From assembly GCA_037720315.1 (NCBI GenBank), contig JBBJMS010000001.1, positions 10,110-74,109 on the forward strand: a stretch of DNA of 64,000 bases, read 5' to 3'. The notes beneath the pieces were generated by a model that worked only from the letters and a program-made list of their open reading frames with translations, searched no databases and was not told the DNA's origin. Source of the stretch: Variovorax sp. (GTDB lineage: Bacteria; Pseudomonadota; Gammaproteobacteria; Burkholderiales; Burkholderiaceae_C). The stretch's first letter is position 1. Each line of letters starts with the position of its first letter. The translations under genes were made by a program, and so were the position numbers. Positions 10,286-22,677 of this stretch are shown one piece after another.

Positions 10286-11143
10286 ATGACCGTGCAAGTC
10301 CTCGACCTCGAGCAATTGAAAACCTTCCTCGCGGTCACGCAGGCCGGCAGCTTTACCGCCGCCGCACCGCAGGTCTTTCTTTCGCAGTCCGCCGTCAGCG
10401 AGCAGATGCGCAAGCTCGAGGAGCGGGCCGGCCAGCTGCTGCTGGTTCGCAGCAAGGCAGGCGTGGTGCCGACGCCGGCAGGTGCCAGGCTGCTGGCGCA
10501 CGCGCATCGGCTGCTGGCACTTTCCGCCGACGCATTGCGCGACGTGCGTGGCGAATCGCTGCAGGGCGAGCTGCGGCTCGCCGTCACCGACTATTTCAAG
10601 CCGGGTGACCTCACGCGCTTGCTGGGCCGGCTTGCGCAAGGCTATCCGCTGATGCGTCTGCATGTGAGCATCTTGAAAAGTGGTGCGATCGAGACGGGCT
10701 ATGCGCAAGGCGAATTCGACGTTGCCTTGTCGATGCGGATTGCGCCTGCTCCGGCGCGTGCCGATGTGCTGCTGCGCGAATCGCTGGCCTGGATTGGCGC
10801 GGCCGGCCTGCGCCTGAACCGCGCCGCGCCGCTGCCGCTGGTGGTGCTGCCCGAGACCTGTTCGCTGCACCAGCTCGCCATCAAGCTGCTGCGGCAGCGT
10901 CGCGTGGCACACACCGTCGCCCATGCGGCCTCGGGCGTGGCGGGCCTGCAGTCGGCGCTGGCTGCCGGGCTGGGCGTGGCCTGCCTCAACGAGTCCGCGC
11001 TATGCGACGGGATAGCTCGGCTGCCCCCGCCGCACGGCTTGCCCGCACTGCCGCGCGTGGCCTTTTACGTACTGCCGGCGCGGCGTGGCGAAACGGAGTT
11101 CGTCGCCCGCGCCCGCGAGTTGCTGGTATCGCACCTCACCTGA
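10286..11143 (+). CDS. LysR family regulator
   Basis: LKTFLAV..GSFTAAA...SQSAVSEQMRKLEE HTH. Confidence 0.92.
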   Translation: MTVQVLDLEQLKTFLAVTQAGSFTAAAPQVFLSQSAVSEQMRKLEERAGQLLLVRSKAGVVPTPAGARLLAHAHRLLALSADALRDVRGESLQGELRLAVTDYFKPGDLTRLLGRLAQGYPLMRLHVSILKSGAIETGYAQGEFDVALSMRIAPAPARADVLLRESLAWIGAAGLRLNRAAPLPLVVLPETCSLHQLAIKLLRQRRVAHTVAHAASGVAGLQSALAAGLGVACLNESALCDGIARLPPPHGLPALPRVAFYVLPARRGETEFVARARELLVSHLT

Positions 11144-11156
11144 GGCAGGTCAAGCC

Positions 11157-12563
11157 TCAGGCGGCCGGGGGTTCAGGCCAGGGCCGCTGCGCCTGGCGGA
11201 TCAGTTCGAACGCGCGCGACACCGCCAGCACGCCCAGGTCGTCGAAGCGCTGTCCCGCAATCTGCAGGCCGATCGGCAGCCCGGCGGCGGTGTAGCCGCA
11301 GTTGATCGAGGCGGCCGGCTGCTCCGACATGTTGAACGGCACGGTAAAGCCGATGTGTTCGAGCGGTCGCAGCGGATCGTTGGTGGGCGAGGGCGACTCT
11401 GCCGCGGCCGGCGAGTTGGGCGCGGTGGGCGACAGCACGTAATCGAATGGGGCGCAGGCGGCCACGGCGGCGATGCGCGTCGCATGAAACTGGCTGAAGG
11501 CGCGGAACACCTGCTCGCCGCTGAAGCCGGCAGCGCTATCGGCCCAGGCGCGGATATAGGGCAGAACCTTCGCCCGGCGCGCAGCGGGCAGGGCGTTCAT
11601 GTCCACCAGCGACCGCGTGCGCCACGCGTGGTCCATGCCGTCGAGCATGGCCTGCGACATGAAGGGTTGCATCGGCTCCACGATGGCGCCGGCCTGCTCG
11701 AACAGGCGTGCCGCATGCGCGACCGCCGCAGCGATCTGCGGCTCGACAGGCAGGCCGCAGCCGGCATCGAGCAGCAGGCCGATGCGCAGTCCGCGCAGGT
11801 GCGCGGCATCCACCTCGAACGCTGTCCAGGCGATGTTCTGCGCCGGCAGGCTCATGCTGTCGCGCGCATCGGGGCGGGCCAGCGCCTGCATCATCGAGGC
11901 GGCATCGCCGACGGTGCGTGTCATCGGCCCGGCGGCGCGGCCTGTGTAAGGCGGGTCGATCGGGATGCGGCCGAGGCTCGGCTTGAGCGTGAAGATCCCG
12001 CACCACGCGGCAGGCAGCCGCAGCGACCCCCCGATGTCGGTGCCGATGTGCAGCGGGCCGTAGCCGGCTGCGGCGGCGGCGCGCGCGCCGGCGCTGGAGC
12101 CGCCCGGGGTCCTGCTCAGGTCCCACGGGTTGCGTGCCAGCGTGTGAAAACTCGACAACCCGGATGACAGCATGCCGTAGTCGGGCATGGTGGTCTTGCT
12201 GACGATCACCGCGCCCGCTTCCTTCAGGCGCGCGGCTGGCGGCGCATCGGCTGCGGCGGGCTGCAGGTCGACGGCCGCGGTGCCGGCGGGCATCGGGTCG
12301 CCGCGCGTCGCGATGTTCTCCTTGATCGTCGTCGGAATGCCGTCGAGCGGCCCCAGCGGCTCACCGCGCTGCCAGCGCGCTTCGGACGCACGAGCCTGTT
12401 CGAGCGCGGCCTCGGGGCGCAGCAGCCAGGTGGCCTGGAGATGTGGCTCCCAGCTTGCCATGCGGTCGAGCACGGCTTGCGTGACCTCGACCGGCGACAG
12501 GTTTTTATCGCGGTAGGCGGCGCCGAGTTCCTGCGCAGACAGCTCGTGCAGGCCGCGCCTCAC
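11157..12563 (-). CDS. Amidase signature family enzyme
   Basis: GIPTTIKEN, NPWDLSRTPGGSSAG, GTDIGGSLRLPAAWCG; GTG start overlaps the upstream stop. Confidence 0.9.
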   Translation of the reverse strand: MRRGLHELSAQELGAAYRDKNLSPVEVTQAVLDRMASWEPHLQATWLLRPEAALEQARASEARWQRGEPLGPLDGIPTTIKENIATRGDPMPAGTAAVDLQPAAADAPPAARLKEAGAVIVSKTTMPDYGMLSSGLSSFHTLARNPWDLSRTPGGSSAGARAAAAAGYGPLHIGTDIGGSLRLPAAWCGIFTLKPSLGRIPIDPPYTGRAAGPMTRTVGDAASMMQALARPDARDSMSLPAQNIAWTAFEVDAAHLRGLRIGLLLDAGCGLPVEPQIAAAVAHAARLFEQAGAIVEPMQPFMSQAMLDGMDHAWRTRSLVDMNALPAARRAKVLPYIRAWADSAAGFSGEQVFRAFSQFHATRIAAVAACAPFDYVLSPTAPNSPAAAESPSPTNDPLRPLEHIGFTVPFNMSEQPAASINCGYTAAGLPIGLQIAGQRFDDLGVLAVSRAFELIRQAQRPWPEPPAA

Positions 12564-14050
12564 GACCAGGACAACGCGGAGAGGTCGTTGGCGAAGATCG
12601 GCATCTCCTTCCAGAGGCCCTTGACGCCCTTTTTCGCGATGGTCGGAAACTGCGGCTGGTACAGGAAGCCGTTGGCGGCGTCTGCGGCAAGCATGCGCTG
12701 CGCATCGCCCAGGAGCTTGGCGCGATCGGCAGGATTGGTGGTGGTCTTGATCTTGTCGAACAGGGTGTTGAACTCCTTCGACTGATAGCCCCAGTAGTAG
12801 TCCGACTTGGCATAGTTGCCCAGGTCGAAGGGCTCGACGTGCGACACGATGCTGAGGTCGTAGTCCTTGTTGCCGTAGGTGCCGCTGAGCCACTGGGCCC
12901 ATTCGACGTTCTGTACCTTCACGGTGATGCCGATCTTCGCGAGCTGCGCGACGATCACCTCGCCGCCCTGGCGTGCATAAGGCGGCGGCGGCAGCGTCAT
13001 CGTGAGTTCGAGCGGCGTCTTGACGCCCGCTTCGGCCAGCAGCTGCTTGGCCTTCTCGATGTTGAATGCGTTGACGTTCGTGGTGTCGACATAGCCGGCT
13101 GCACCGGGGACGTAGTGGCTGCCGATCGACACGCCGAAGCCGTCTGCCGCACCCTCGATCACCGCCTTGCGGTCGATCGCGGCCGAGATGGCGCGCCGCA
13201 CCCGAACGTCGTCGAGCGGTTTTTTGCGGTTGTTGAACGCGAGGATGGTCTTGGCGCGCGAGCCGCCCAGGATCACCTGGAACTGCGGGTTGTTCCTGAA
13301 CTGCGGAACGATGCGGGTGGCGGCCCTCGGGAACGCATCGACGTCGCCTGCGAGCAGCGATGCAGCCTGCGCCGCCGGATCGGAAATGAAGCGGAACGTG
13401 ACCTTGCCGATCTTCGCCGCGCCCGGGTTTCGGAAACCGTCCCACTTGCTCAGCACCAGCGACGAGCCCTTGCTCCAGCTGTCCAGCTTGTACGGGCCAG
13501 TGCCGACTGGCTTGGTCGCGTTGGTGTCGGCGCTCTTCGGCTCGACGATCACCGACGTCGCCTGGCCCAGCACGAACAGCAGGTCGGGATCGATCTCCTT
13601 GTTGATGACCACGACGGTGTGCTCGTCGACGGCCTGCGTGCTCATGTTGGCGAAGGTGCGCTTGTCCTTGTTGGTGCTCTTGTCGCCGCCTGCGCGATCG
13701 AAGGAGAACTTGACCGTTTGCGCGTTGAACGGCTCGCCGTTCTGGAACTTGACGCCGCGCCGCAGCTTGAAGGTGTAGGTCTTGAGGTCGGGCGAAACCT
13801 CCCAGCTCTCCGCCAGCAGGGGCGTGACGGTGCCGTCGAAGTTGATCTTGGTCAGCGTTTCCAGCACGTTGTAGTGGACGATCTCTGCGATCGCGGCCGC
13901 AGCGCCTGCGGTCGGGTCGAGGCCCGGCGGCTCGAGCGTCATGCCCAGCACGATCGAATCCTTGCGGCCCTGCGCAAGTGCGGCCTGCGGCAGCGCGAGC
14001 GGCACGGCGGCCAGGGCGGCGGTGGTCAAAAGGGTGCGGCGTTTCAACAT
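12560..14050 (-). CDS. ABC transporter substrate-binding protein (family 5), Tat-like signal
   Basis: KRRTLL signal, LAESWEVS, YTFKLRRGVKFQNG, GTGPYKL. Confidence 0.92.
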   Translation of the reverse strand: MLKRRTLLTTAALAAVPLALPQAALAQGRKDSIVLGMTLEPPGLDPTAGAAAAIAEIVHYNVLETLTKINFDGTVTPLLAESWEVSPDLKTYTFKLRRGVKFQNGEPFNAQTVKFSFDRAGGDKSTNKDKRTFANMSTQAVDEHTVVVINKEIDPDLLFVLGQATSVIVEPKSADTNATKPVGTGPYKLDSWSKGSSLVLSKWDGFRNPGAAKIGKVTFRFISDPAAQAASLLAGDVDAFPRAATRIVPQFRNNPQFQVILGGSRAKTILAFNNRKKPLDDVRVRRAISAAIDRKAVIEGAADGFGVSIGSHYVPGAAGYVDTTNVNAFNIEKAKQLLAEAGVKTPLELTMTLPPPPYARQGGEVIVAQLAKIGITVKVQNVEWAQWLSGTYGNKDYDLSIVSHVEPFDLGNYAKSDYYWGYQSKEFNTLFDKIKTTTNPADRAKLLGDAQRMLAADAANGFLYQPQFPTIAKKGVKGLWKEMPIFANDLSALSWS

Positions 14051-14103
14051 GGTCGAGGCTCCAGGCAAAGGGCTGAGAGGAAGATGACGAAGGCGACGCT
14101 GCA

Positions 14104-14973
14104 TCATGCGCGAGCCGGCGCATCGGCGGCAAGCGCCTGCCGGGATACCGGCGGGGGTTCGGCGCGGGGTACGGCGGCAAGCAGCGCCTGCGTGTAGGGG
14201 TGCTCTGCGTGCGCAAACAGTTTCTGCGGCGTGCCGCGCTCCACCACCACGCCGCGGTGCAGCACGCACACTTCATCGCACAGGTGGTTCACCACCGCCA
14301 GGTCGTGGCTGATCAGCAGGTAGCTCACGCCGAACTGCTGCTGCAGGTCCTGCATCAGGTTGAGCACCTGCGCCTGGACGGACACGTCGAGTGCGCTCAC
14401 CGGCTCGTCAGCGACGATCAGTTTGGGCCGGGTAATGAGCGCCCGCGCGATCGCGATGCGCTGCCGCTGGCCGCCCGAAAACTCATGCGGGTATTTGTCA
14501 AGATCGCTGGTGCGCAGGCCCACGGCCGCGAGTGATTCGCCGGCGCGCTCGCGTTGCGCGGCGCGGCCGCTTTCGGCCAGCGCCTCCAGCGGTTCGGCGA
14601 CGATGCGGGCGACCGTCTGGCGCGGATCGAGCGAGCCGTACGGGTCCTGGAAAACCATCTGCACATCCCGCCGTGCCGCGCGCAGTGCTTTCTTGGGCAG
14701 TGCATGCAGGTCCTGCCCGAGCAGCTTCACCGTGCCCGAGGTCGGACGGTCGAGCGCCATCACGAGCCTTGCGATGGTCGACTTGCCGGAGCCGGATTCA
14801 CCCACGATGCCGAGGCTCTGGCCCGCGCGGATACCGAAGCTCACGCCGTTCAATGCCTCGACCACCGACGCCCGCCCGAAGAGGCTTTCGCGCGGCAGGG
14901 TGTAGTGGCGCACGAGCTGGTCGACCTCGAGCAGCGCGGCGGATTGTGGATCGGAATCGAAATCCGCTTTCAT
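14104..14973 (-). CDS. Peptide ABC transporter ATP-binding subunit (DppF-like)
   Basis: GESGSGKST, FSGGQRQR, ADEPVSALD. Confidence 0.92.
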   Translation of the reverse strand: MKADFDSDPQSAALLEVDQLVRHYTLPRESLFGRASVVEALNGVSFGIRAGQSLGIVGESGSGKSTIARLVMALDRPTSGTVKLLGQDLHALPKKALRAARRDVQMVFQDPYGSLDPRQTVARIVAEPLEALAESGRAAQRERAGESLAAVGLRTSDLDKYPHEFSGGQRQRIAIARALITRPKLIVADEPVSALDVSVQAQVLNLMQDLQQQFGVSYLLISHDLAVVNHLCDEVCVLHRGVVVERGTPQKLFAHAEHPYTQALLAAVPRAEPPPVSRQALAADAPARA

Positions 14974-15956
14974 GCGGTTGCCCCTTGCGCGGCGATCTTG
15001 TGCAGCCTGATGCAGCGCACCTGATGATCGTTCGGCAGCGGCGTCGGCGGCGGCCGAACCGCATGGCATTCGTCGATCGTGAACGCGCACCGTCCCGCAA
15101 ACGGACATCCGCGGGGAAGATCGACAAGTTCGGGCACGCTGCCCTGGATGGTGGCAAGTCTCGTACCGCGCGGCGCACCGAGTACAGGCCGGGCCGCAAA
15201 AAGACCCTGCGTGTACGGATGCGCGCGCGCGGCGAAGACGGTTGCGGTAGGCCCGCTCTCCACCACGCTGCCGCCGTACATCACGAGCATTTTCGACACG
15301 CTCTGCGCGATCACGCCGAGATCGTGCGAGATCAGGATCAGTGCCATGCCGCGCTCGGCCACCAGGCCCTGGATGAGTTCGAGGATCTGCTTTTGCACCG
15401 TCACATCCAGTGCGGTGGTCGGCTCGTCCGCAATCAACAGCTCGGGCCCGCAGGCCAGCGCCATCGCGATGCCGATGCGCTGGCGCTGCCCGCCCGAGAA
15501 CTGGTGCGGGTAGGCGTCGAGGCGCGATGCGGCATCGGGAATGCCGACGCGTTCGAGCAGGACCCGTGCCTCCTGGCGTGCTGCCGCGCCGCCGAGCCCG
15601 CGGTGCAGCCTGAGCGGCTCGCCGACCTGCCGTGCAATGGTGTGGACCGGATTGAGCGCGGTCATCGGCTCCTGGAAGATCATGCCGATGCGGTTGCCTC
15701 GTGTCCGGCACAGTTCGCGCTCGGGCAGGCCGACCAGTTCGGTGCCGTCGAAGCGGATGCTGCCGGTCACCGTGGCATTGGCTGGCAGGAGCCCCACCAG
15801 CGACTGGACCGTGATCGACTTGCCGCAACCCGACTCGCCGACGATGCCCAGCGTCTCTCCCCGCTCCAGCGTGAAGCCGATACCGCGCACCGCCTCTGCC
15901 GGCCCGCGCTGCGTTTGCAGTTGCACATGGAGGTCGTCGACTTCGAGGAGGGGCAT
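14970..15956 (-). CDS. Peptide ABC transporter ATP-binding subunit (DppD-like)
   Basis: GESGCGKS, FSGGQRQR, ADEPTTALD, C-terminal Cys cluster. Confidence 0.92.
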   Translation of the reverse strand: MPLLEVDDLHVQLQTQRGPAEAVRGIGFTLERGETLGIVGESGCGKSITVQSLVGLLPANATVTGSIRFDGTELVGLPERELCRTRGNRIGMIFQEPMTALNPVHTIARQVGEPLRLHRGLGGAAARQEARVLLERVGIPDAASRLDAYPHQFSGGQRQRIGIAMALACGPELLIADEPTTALDVTVQKQILELIQGLVAERGMALILISHDLGVIAQSVSKMLVMYGGSVVESGPTATVFAARAHPYTQGLFAARPVLGAPRGTRLATIQGSVPELVDLPRGCPFAGRCAFTIDECHAVRPPPTPLPNDHQVRCIRLHKIAAQGATA

Positions 15957-15984
15957 TGATCGTGGTGGTTGGTGATTGCGGGCT

Positions 15985-16823
15985 TCAGCGCGCGCGTGCA
16001 AGCCGCGGGTCCAGCAGGTCGCGCAGGCCGTCACCGAGCAGGTTGAGCCCGAGCACCGCCAACGCGATCGCCATGCCGGGAAACACCGCCAGCAGCGGCG
16101 CCTGGAACATCATGGTCTGGGCTTCGCTGAGCATGCGGCCCCACGAGGGCTGCGGCGGCTGCGTGCCGAGCCCGAGGTAGGAGAGGGCGGCTTCCGCCAG
16201 GATGGCGATCGCGAAGCGGATCGTGATCTGCACGATCAGCACCGACGAGATGTTGGGCAGCACATGCTGCAGGGTGATTGCGAATGGACCCTTGCCGCAG
16301 GCACGCGCAGCAGCGACGTACTCGCGCGACCAGATCGCGTTGGCCGATGCGCGCGTGATGCGTGCGAACGTCGGTATGTTGTAGATGCCGATCGCAATGA
16401 TCGCGTTGACGATGCCGGCGCCAAACACCGCCGTCAACATGATGGCCGACAGGATGGCCGGAAATGCCATCGAAAAATCGGTGAACCGCATGATCGCTTC
16501 CTCGACCCAGCCGCGCCGCGCGGCCGCGAGCAAGCCGAGCGCCGTGCCTGCCAGCAGCCCGATGCCGACCGCGATCACGCCGACCAGGATCGACGCGCGC
16601 GCGCCGACCAGCAGCAGCGATGCGACGTCGCGCCCATAGGTGTCGGTGCCGAGCCAGTGCGCGCCGCTCGGCGGGGTGAGCTTGCTGGCCATGTCGATCT
16701 CGTAGGGCGACCAGGGCGTCCAGACGAGCGAGACGGCGGCCGCCAGCAGCAGCAGCAGCGTCAGCGCCGCGCCGATCACGAAGCTGCGATGGTGCAGCGC
16801 GCGGCGCCAGAAGCCGGCCGGCT

Positions 16824-16827
<4 letters not shown>
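15985..16827 (-). CDS. Peptide ABC transporter permease (DppC-like)
   Basis: HWLGTDTYGRD, EAALSYLGLG, PSWG. Confidence 0.92.
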
Positions 16828-18555
<1,728 letters not shown>

Positions 18556-18587
18556 TTTTTCTCTCCCTTTCGTTTCCGGATTTGCCG

Positions 18588-19220
18588 CTATGCGGCGGCA
18601 GGCGCACTTCCTTCACCGGGCTCTCGCCGCGGCGGTTTGGGCCGTGGCGGCTTGCTGGTGTGAATCAGAAGCGTGGCCTTGTCCATCTCGCCGGCGACCA
18701 GCGCCGGAAAGGCATGCAGCGTTCGAGTGATTGCATCGTCGATGGCCTCGCGCTGTTCCTTCAGCGGCTTCTTCAGTACCCAGCCGACCACCTCCGACTT
18801 CACTCCCGGGTGGCCGATGCCGAGCCGCAGCCGCCAGTAGTCGGCGGTGCCGAGCTGCGCATGGATGTCGCGCAGGCCGTTGTGGCCCGCATGGCTGCCG
18901 CCCAGCTTCAGCTTGGCCTGGCCCGGCACGACATCGAGCTCGTCGTGAATCACCAGGATTTCGTTCGGCTCGATCTTGAAGAAACGCGCCAGTGCCGAGA
19001 CCGATCTGCCGGATACGTTCATGAAAGTCTGCGGCTCAAGTAGCCACACGGGCTGTCCGCCGACCTGCATCCGAGCGACCAGGCCGTTGTAGGCGCGCTC
19101 GGGCGCGAGCGTCAGCTTCTTGTCGCGCGCCAACGCATCGATCCACCAGAAGCCGGCATTGTGGCGCGTGGCTTCGTACTCCGGGCCTGGGTTGCCGAGG
19201 CCGACGAACAACTTGATCAT
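18588..19220 (-). CDS. pth: Peptidyl-tRNA hydrolase
   Basis: GLGNPG..Y..TRHNAGF, HDELD, GHNGL. Confidence 0.97.
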   Translation of the reverse strand: MIKLFVGLGNPGPEYEATRHNAGFWWIDALARDKKLTLAPERAYNGLVARMQVGGQPVWLLEPQTFMNVSGRSVSALARFFKIEPNEILVIHDELDVVPGQAKLKLGGSHAGHNGLRDIHAQLGTADYWRLRLGIGHPGVKSEVVGWVLKKPLKEQREAIDDAITRTLHAFPALVAGEMDKATLLIHTSKPPRPKPPRREPGEGSAPAAA

Positions 19221-19243
19221 GGGGCGGGATTATCCGTGCCTTG

Positions 19244-19276
19244 AAAAAGAAACGGCCCGCACAAGGCGGGCCGTTT
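19244..19276 (-). terminator. Rho-independent terminator after rplY
   Basis: AAACGGCCCGC-ACAAG-GCGGGCCGTTT stem, U-rich tail on the - strand. Confidence 0.8.
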
Positions 19277-19299
19277 GCTGCTGCGGCTGAAGCAGAGAA

Positions 19300-20010
19300 T
19301 TACTTCTTTCCGGCCGGAGCTTTTGCGGCCGGCGTCTTGGCAGCGGGGGTCTTCGCAGCAGGCGCCTTGCCGGCAGCCTTGCCAGCCGCTGGTGCGGCAG
19401 CAGCATCCACTGCCACCGCGCCTTCGGCGGCGGGATCCGGTTCTTCGGCGACCAATGGCGGCACGGCAGACACCAGCACCGGGTTGACCTTGCCGTGGCT
19501 CACGAACTTCACGCCCTTGGGGAGCTTGATGTCGTTGACGTGCACTGTCGCATTCTTCGTCAGGCCGGAAAGATCGACCTCGATGAACTCCGGCAGATCG
19601 GCCGGGAGGCAGCTGACCTGCAGCTCGGTCATCACATGGTTCACGAGGTTGTGGTCGAGCTTGACGGCGTCCGATTCTTCTTCACCCTTGTAGTGCAAGG
19701 GCACCTTCACCGTCATGCGGGTGCGGGCATCGACGCGCTGGAAATCGATGTGCTGCACGAGCTGGCGAAACGGGTGGTATTGCACGTCGCGCAACAGAAC
19801 CTTCGAGGTGGCGCCCGCCAGGTCCATTTCGAGAATGGACGAGTGGAAGGCTTCCTTCTTCAGCGCATGCCAGAGCGCGTTGTGATCGATCTCGATCAGT
19901 TGCGGCTGGCTTTCGCCACCGTAGACGATGCCGGGCGTCTTGCCCGAAATGCGGAGACGGCGGCTCGCACCCGTGCCCTGCTTTGCGCGCTCAAAAGCGA
20001 CGAATTTCAT
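19300..20010 (-). CDS. rplY: 50S ribosomal protein L25/Ctc
   Basis: [24 protein letters not shown]; PAAKT-repeat tail. Confidence 0.97.
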   Translation of the reverse strand: MKFVAFERAKQGTGASRRLRISGKTPGIVYGGESQPQLIEIDHNALWHALKKEAFHSSILEMDLAGATSKVLLRDVQYHPFRQLVQHIDFQRVDARTRMTVKVPLHYKGEEESDAVKLDHNLVNHVMTELQVSCLPADLPEFIEVDLSGLTKNATVHVNDIKLPKGVKFVSHGKVNPVLVSAVPPLVAEEPDPAAEGAVAVDAAAAPAAGKAAGKAPAAKTPAAKTPAAKAPAGKK

Positions 20011-20057
20011 AACTGCTCCTGTGGAAGTCGACCGCGACCAGTGCGACTCCGGTTTCG

Positions 20058-20081
20058 ATAAAGGCTCTTCGAAAAGAGCCC
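20058..20081 (-). terminator. Possible terminator hairpin after prs
   Basis: GGCTCTT-CGAA-AAGAGCC stem. Confidence 0.45.
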
Positions 20082-20113
20082 GGCTTTTTGCTCGAACAGG
20101 TCTTGGTCGAACC

Positions 20114-21088
20114 TCAGAAGAGGTTCTCCTGGTCCGAGAACAAACTCATGACCGACTCACCCTTGGCGATGCGCTGGATCGTTTCGGCGATCAGCGGTGC
20201 CACGGAGAGTTGGCGAATTTTCTTGCAGAGGTTGGCACCGTCGGTGAGCGGAATCGTGTTGGTCACGACCACTTCGTCGAGCGCGGAACCCTGCGCGATC
20301 CGCTCGATGGCGGGGCCCGAAAAAATCGGGTGCGTGCAATAGGCGTAAACCTTCTTGGCGCCGCGTTCCTTCAGCACCTCGGCCGCTTTGACCAGCGTGC
20401 CGGCCGTGTCGATCATGTCGTCCATGATCACACAGTTGCGGCCGTCGATCTCGCCGATGACGTGCATCACCTCGCTCACGTTGGCGCGCGGGCGGCGCTT
20501 GTCGATGATGGCGAGGTCGCAATTGAGCTGCTTGGCAAGTGCTCGTGCGCGAACCACGCCGCCGACGTCCGGCGACACGACGATCAGGTCTTCGTAGTTT
20601 TTCAGGCGCAGATCACCAAGAAGCACCGGCGACGCATAGATGTTGTCGACCGGTATGTCGAAGAAGCCCTGGATCTGGTCTGCGTGCAGGTCCATGGTCA
20701 GCACGCGGGCCACGCCCACGGTTTCGAGCAGGTTGGCCACCACCTTGGCCGAGATCGGCACCCGGCTCGAGCGCGGCCGGCGGTCCTGGCGGGCATAGCC
20801 GAAGTACGGGATCACGGCGCTGATGCGCTCTGCCGAAGCACGCTTGAGCGCGTCGACCATGATCAGCAACTCCATCAGGTTCTCGTTGGTCGGCGCACAG
20901 GTCGACTGCACGACGAACACGTCGCGGGCGCGCACGTTCTGGTTGATTTCGACCGTGACTTCGCCATCCGAAAAGCGGCCGACGCGCGCAGCGCCTACCG
21001 ATGTGCCCAGGTGCTGCGCGATCTCCGCGGCCAGGCCCGGGTTGGCATTTCCGGTGAAAACCAAGAAATCAGGATGGTGAGCCTGCAT
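20114..21088 (-). CDS. prs: Ribose-phosphate pyrophosphokinase
   Basis: [36 protein letters not shown]. Confidence 0.98.
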   Translation of the reverse strand: MQAHHPDFLVFTGNANPGLAAEIAQHLGTSVGAARVGRFSDGEVTVEINQNVRARDVFVVQSTCAPTNENLMELLIMVDALKRASAERISAVIPYFGYARQDRRPRSSRVPISAKVVANLLETVGVARVLTMDLHADQIQGFFDIPVDNIYASPVLLGDLRLKNYEDLIVVSPDVGGVVRARALAKQLNCDLAIIDKRRPRANVSEVMHVIGEIDGRNCVIMDDMIDTAGTLVKAAEVLKERGAKKVYAYCTHPIFSGPAIERIAQGSALDEVVVTNTIPLTDGANLCKKIRQLSVAPLIAETIQRIAKGESVMSLFSDQENLF

Positions 21089-21166
21089 GAGCGTCCCGGC
21101 AAGATGCATCCGGCAAATGCGAAATGGCTCATTTCGGAGCCGCCAATAGTCTCGTGGACAAAGATT

Positions 21167-21243
21167 TGGCAGGGGAGAAAGGATTCGAACCTTTGCATGC
21201 TGGAATCAAAATCCAGTGCCTTAACCAGCTTGGCGACTCCCCT
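21167..21243 (-). tRNA. tRNA-Gln (TTG)
   Basis: AGGGGAG/CTCCCCT acceptor stem, anticodon TTG, GGTTCGAATCC, encoded CCA; usual ispE-prs position. Confidence 0.97.
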
Positions 21244-21310
21244 ACACTGGTCGACGACTTGCGTCGCCAACCGACATATGTGGCATCGGACCGCAGCACG
21301 TTCCGATGCG

Positions 21311-22183
21311 CTAGACCGCCCAACCCAAAAGGGGATGTGCGGCCAAGTTGCTGCACTTGCGAACCTGCCAGCCCGAGGGTGCGGCGGCCAATTGCGCTTC
21401 GTGCGGCATCGCCGCGAACACCGAACTTCCCGAACCAGTCATCCGGGCCTTCAGCCCTTGGCGACCGAGCCAATCGATGGCATCGGAGACTGCGGGGCAA
21501 AGCCGTTCGGCAACCGGCTGCAAGTCGTTGTGACCAAAGTCGAAATCGAAGCCTTTGACTTCGATCTCGTCTTGTGTCTCGCCGTGCGCAGCAAAGCCTG
21601 AGATTATAGCAGTGGGAGTCGAGCGCTCAAGATCAGGCGCTGCAAAAATGAGACGGGTGTCGAGCCCCGGCTGCGGCTTGACCACGACGAATTGCCCCGG
21701 CGGCAAGCTGCCCGGCGTGATCTGCTCGCCGACACCCTCCACGAGTGCGTTCCTTCCGCGCAGGAAGAATGGCACGTCCGCGCCGAGCGACAGTCCGATC
21801 CGCTCGAGCGCCGGGAGCGGTAGGTGAAGATCCCAGAGGCGATTCAGCGCCAGCAGGCAGGTTGCGGCGTCGGAGGAGCCGCCGCCCATCCCGGCCTGCG
21901 CGGGCACATGCTTGGCGATCCCGATGTGGGTACCGTACGAAGTTTGCGTGAACGCCTGCAGCGCCTTTGCCGCACGCAGCACGAGATCGTCCGCCGGCAA
22001 CCGGGTCGTGAGGTCTTCGCGCGTGATCTCGCCATCGGTGCGGCGCTCCACATGCATCACGTCGCACCAGTCAATCAGCATGAAGATCGACTGCAGCAGG
22101 TGGAAGCCGTCCGCACGCCTGCCTGTGACGTGCAGAAAGAGATTGAGCTTGGCGGGGGCCGGAAGGTCGTAGAGCGCCTTCAT
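21311..22183 (-). CDS. ispE: 4-diphosphocytidyl-2-C-methyl-D-erythritol kinase
   Basis: PAPAKLNLFLHV, AGMGGGSSDAA, LGADVPFF, MTGSGS. Confidence 0.97.
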   Translation of the reverse strand: MKALYDLPAPAKLNLFLHVTGRRADGFHLLQSIFMLIDWCDVMHVERRTDGEITREDLTTRLPADDLVLRAAKALQAFTQTSYGTHIGIAKHVPAQAGMGGGSSDAATCLLALNRLWDLHLPLPALERIGLSLGADVPFFLRGRNALVEGVGEQITPGSLPPGQFVVVKPQPGLDTRLIFAAPDLERSTPTAIISGFAAHGETQDEIEVKGFDFDFGHNDLQPVAERLCPAVSDAIDWLGRQGLKARMTGSGSSVFAAMPHEAQLAAAPSGWQVRKCSNLAAHPLLGWAV

Positions 22184-22677
22184 GCGCGTTCGAAGACGAT
22201 TCGCAGGTCGGCCCTCGGCTGCGGCGATTCGCGCACCGCCTGCATGCGCCCGGTGCCGATCTGCCTCAAGTCCGGCCGCCAGCCCGCAACGCGCTCGTCT
22301 CGCCCTGCGAGCCAGGCAAAGAGTGCACCGACGGGGATGGCCGCGCCTGTGGCCGCTTCGATCAGCGCATCGACCGAGTCGAAGCGCCGCGTTTCGCTGC
22401 CGTTCTTCAGCAAAGCTTCGCCGGGAGCCCATTGGAGCTGGGCCAGCGTGCTGCCGATGGGACTTGTGAGGATGAGATCGCCGGCCTGCGCAGCGCCGCG
22501 CAATTCGAACAGGGCCGAGAAGGTCTGGACCGGCTCGCTGTCGATGCGAAGCGAAAGCCGCCCGCTCCAAGCCTGTACGCCGGCACTTTCCGGCGGCATG
22601 CCGACTCCTGGGGTTGCACAGCCGGTCGCCAGCAGCAGCGCGCCGCAGCCGGCACTCAATGCCAGGCGACGGTTCAA
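22180..22677 (-). CDS. lolB: Outer-membrane lipoprotein LolB
   Basis: Lipobox ATGC, WSGRLSL, position upstream of ispE. Confidence 0.85.
   Translation of the reverse strand: MNRRLALSAGCGALLLATGCATPGVGMPPESAGVQAWSGRLSLRIDSEPVQTFSALFELRGAAQAGDLILTSPIGSTLAQLQWAPGEALLKNGSETRRFDSVDALIEAATGAAIPVGALFAWLAGRDERVAGWRPDLRQIGTGRMQAVRESPQPRADLRIVFERA

Noticed and set aside
11157-14276. 1039-aa giant amidase ORF
   Set aside because: The upstream part is an off-frame reading of the ABC binding-protein gene; the amidase starts at GTG 12563.
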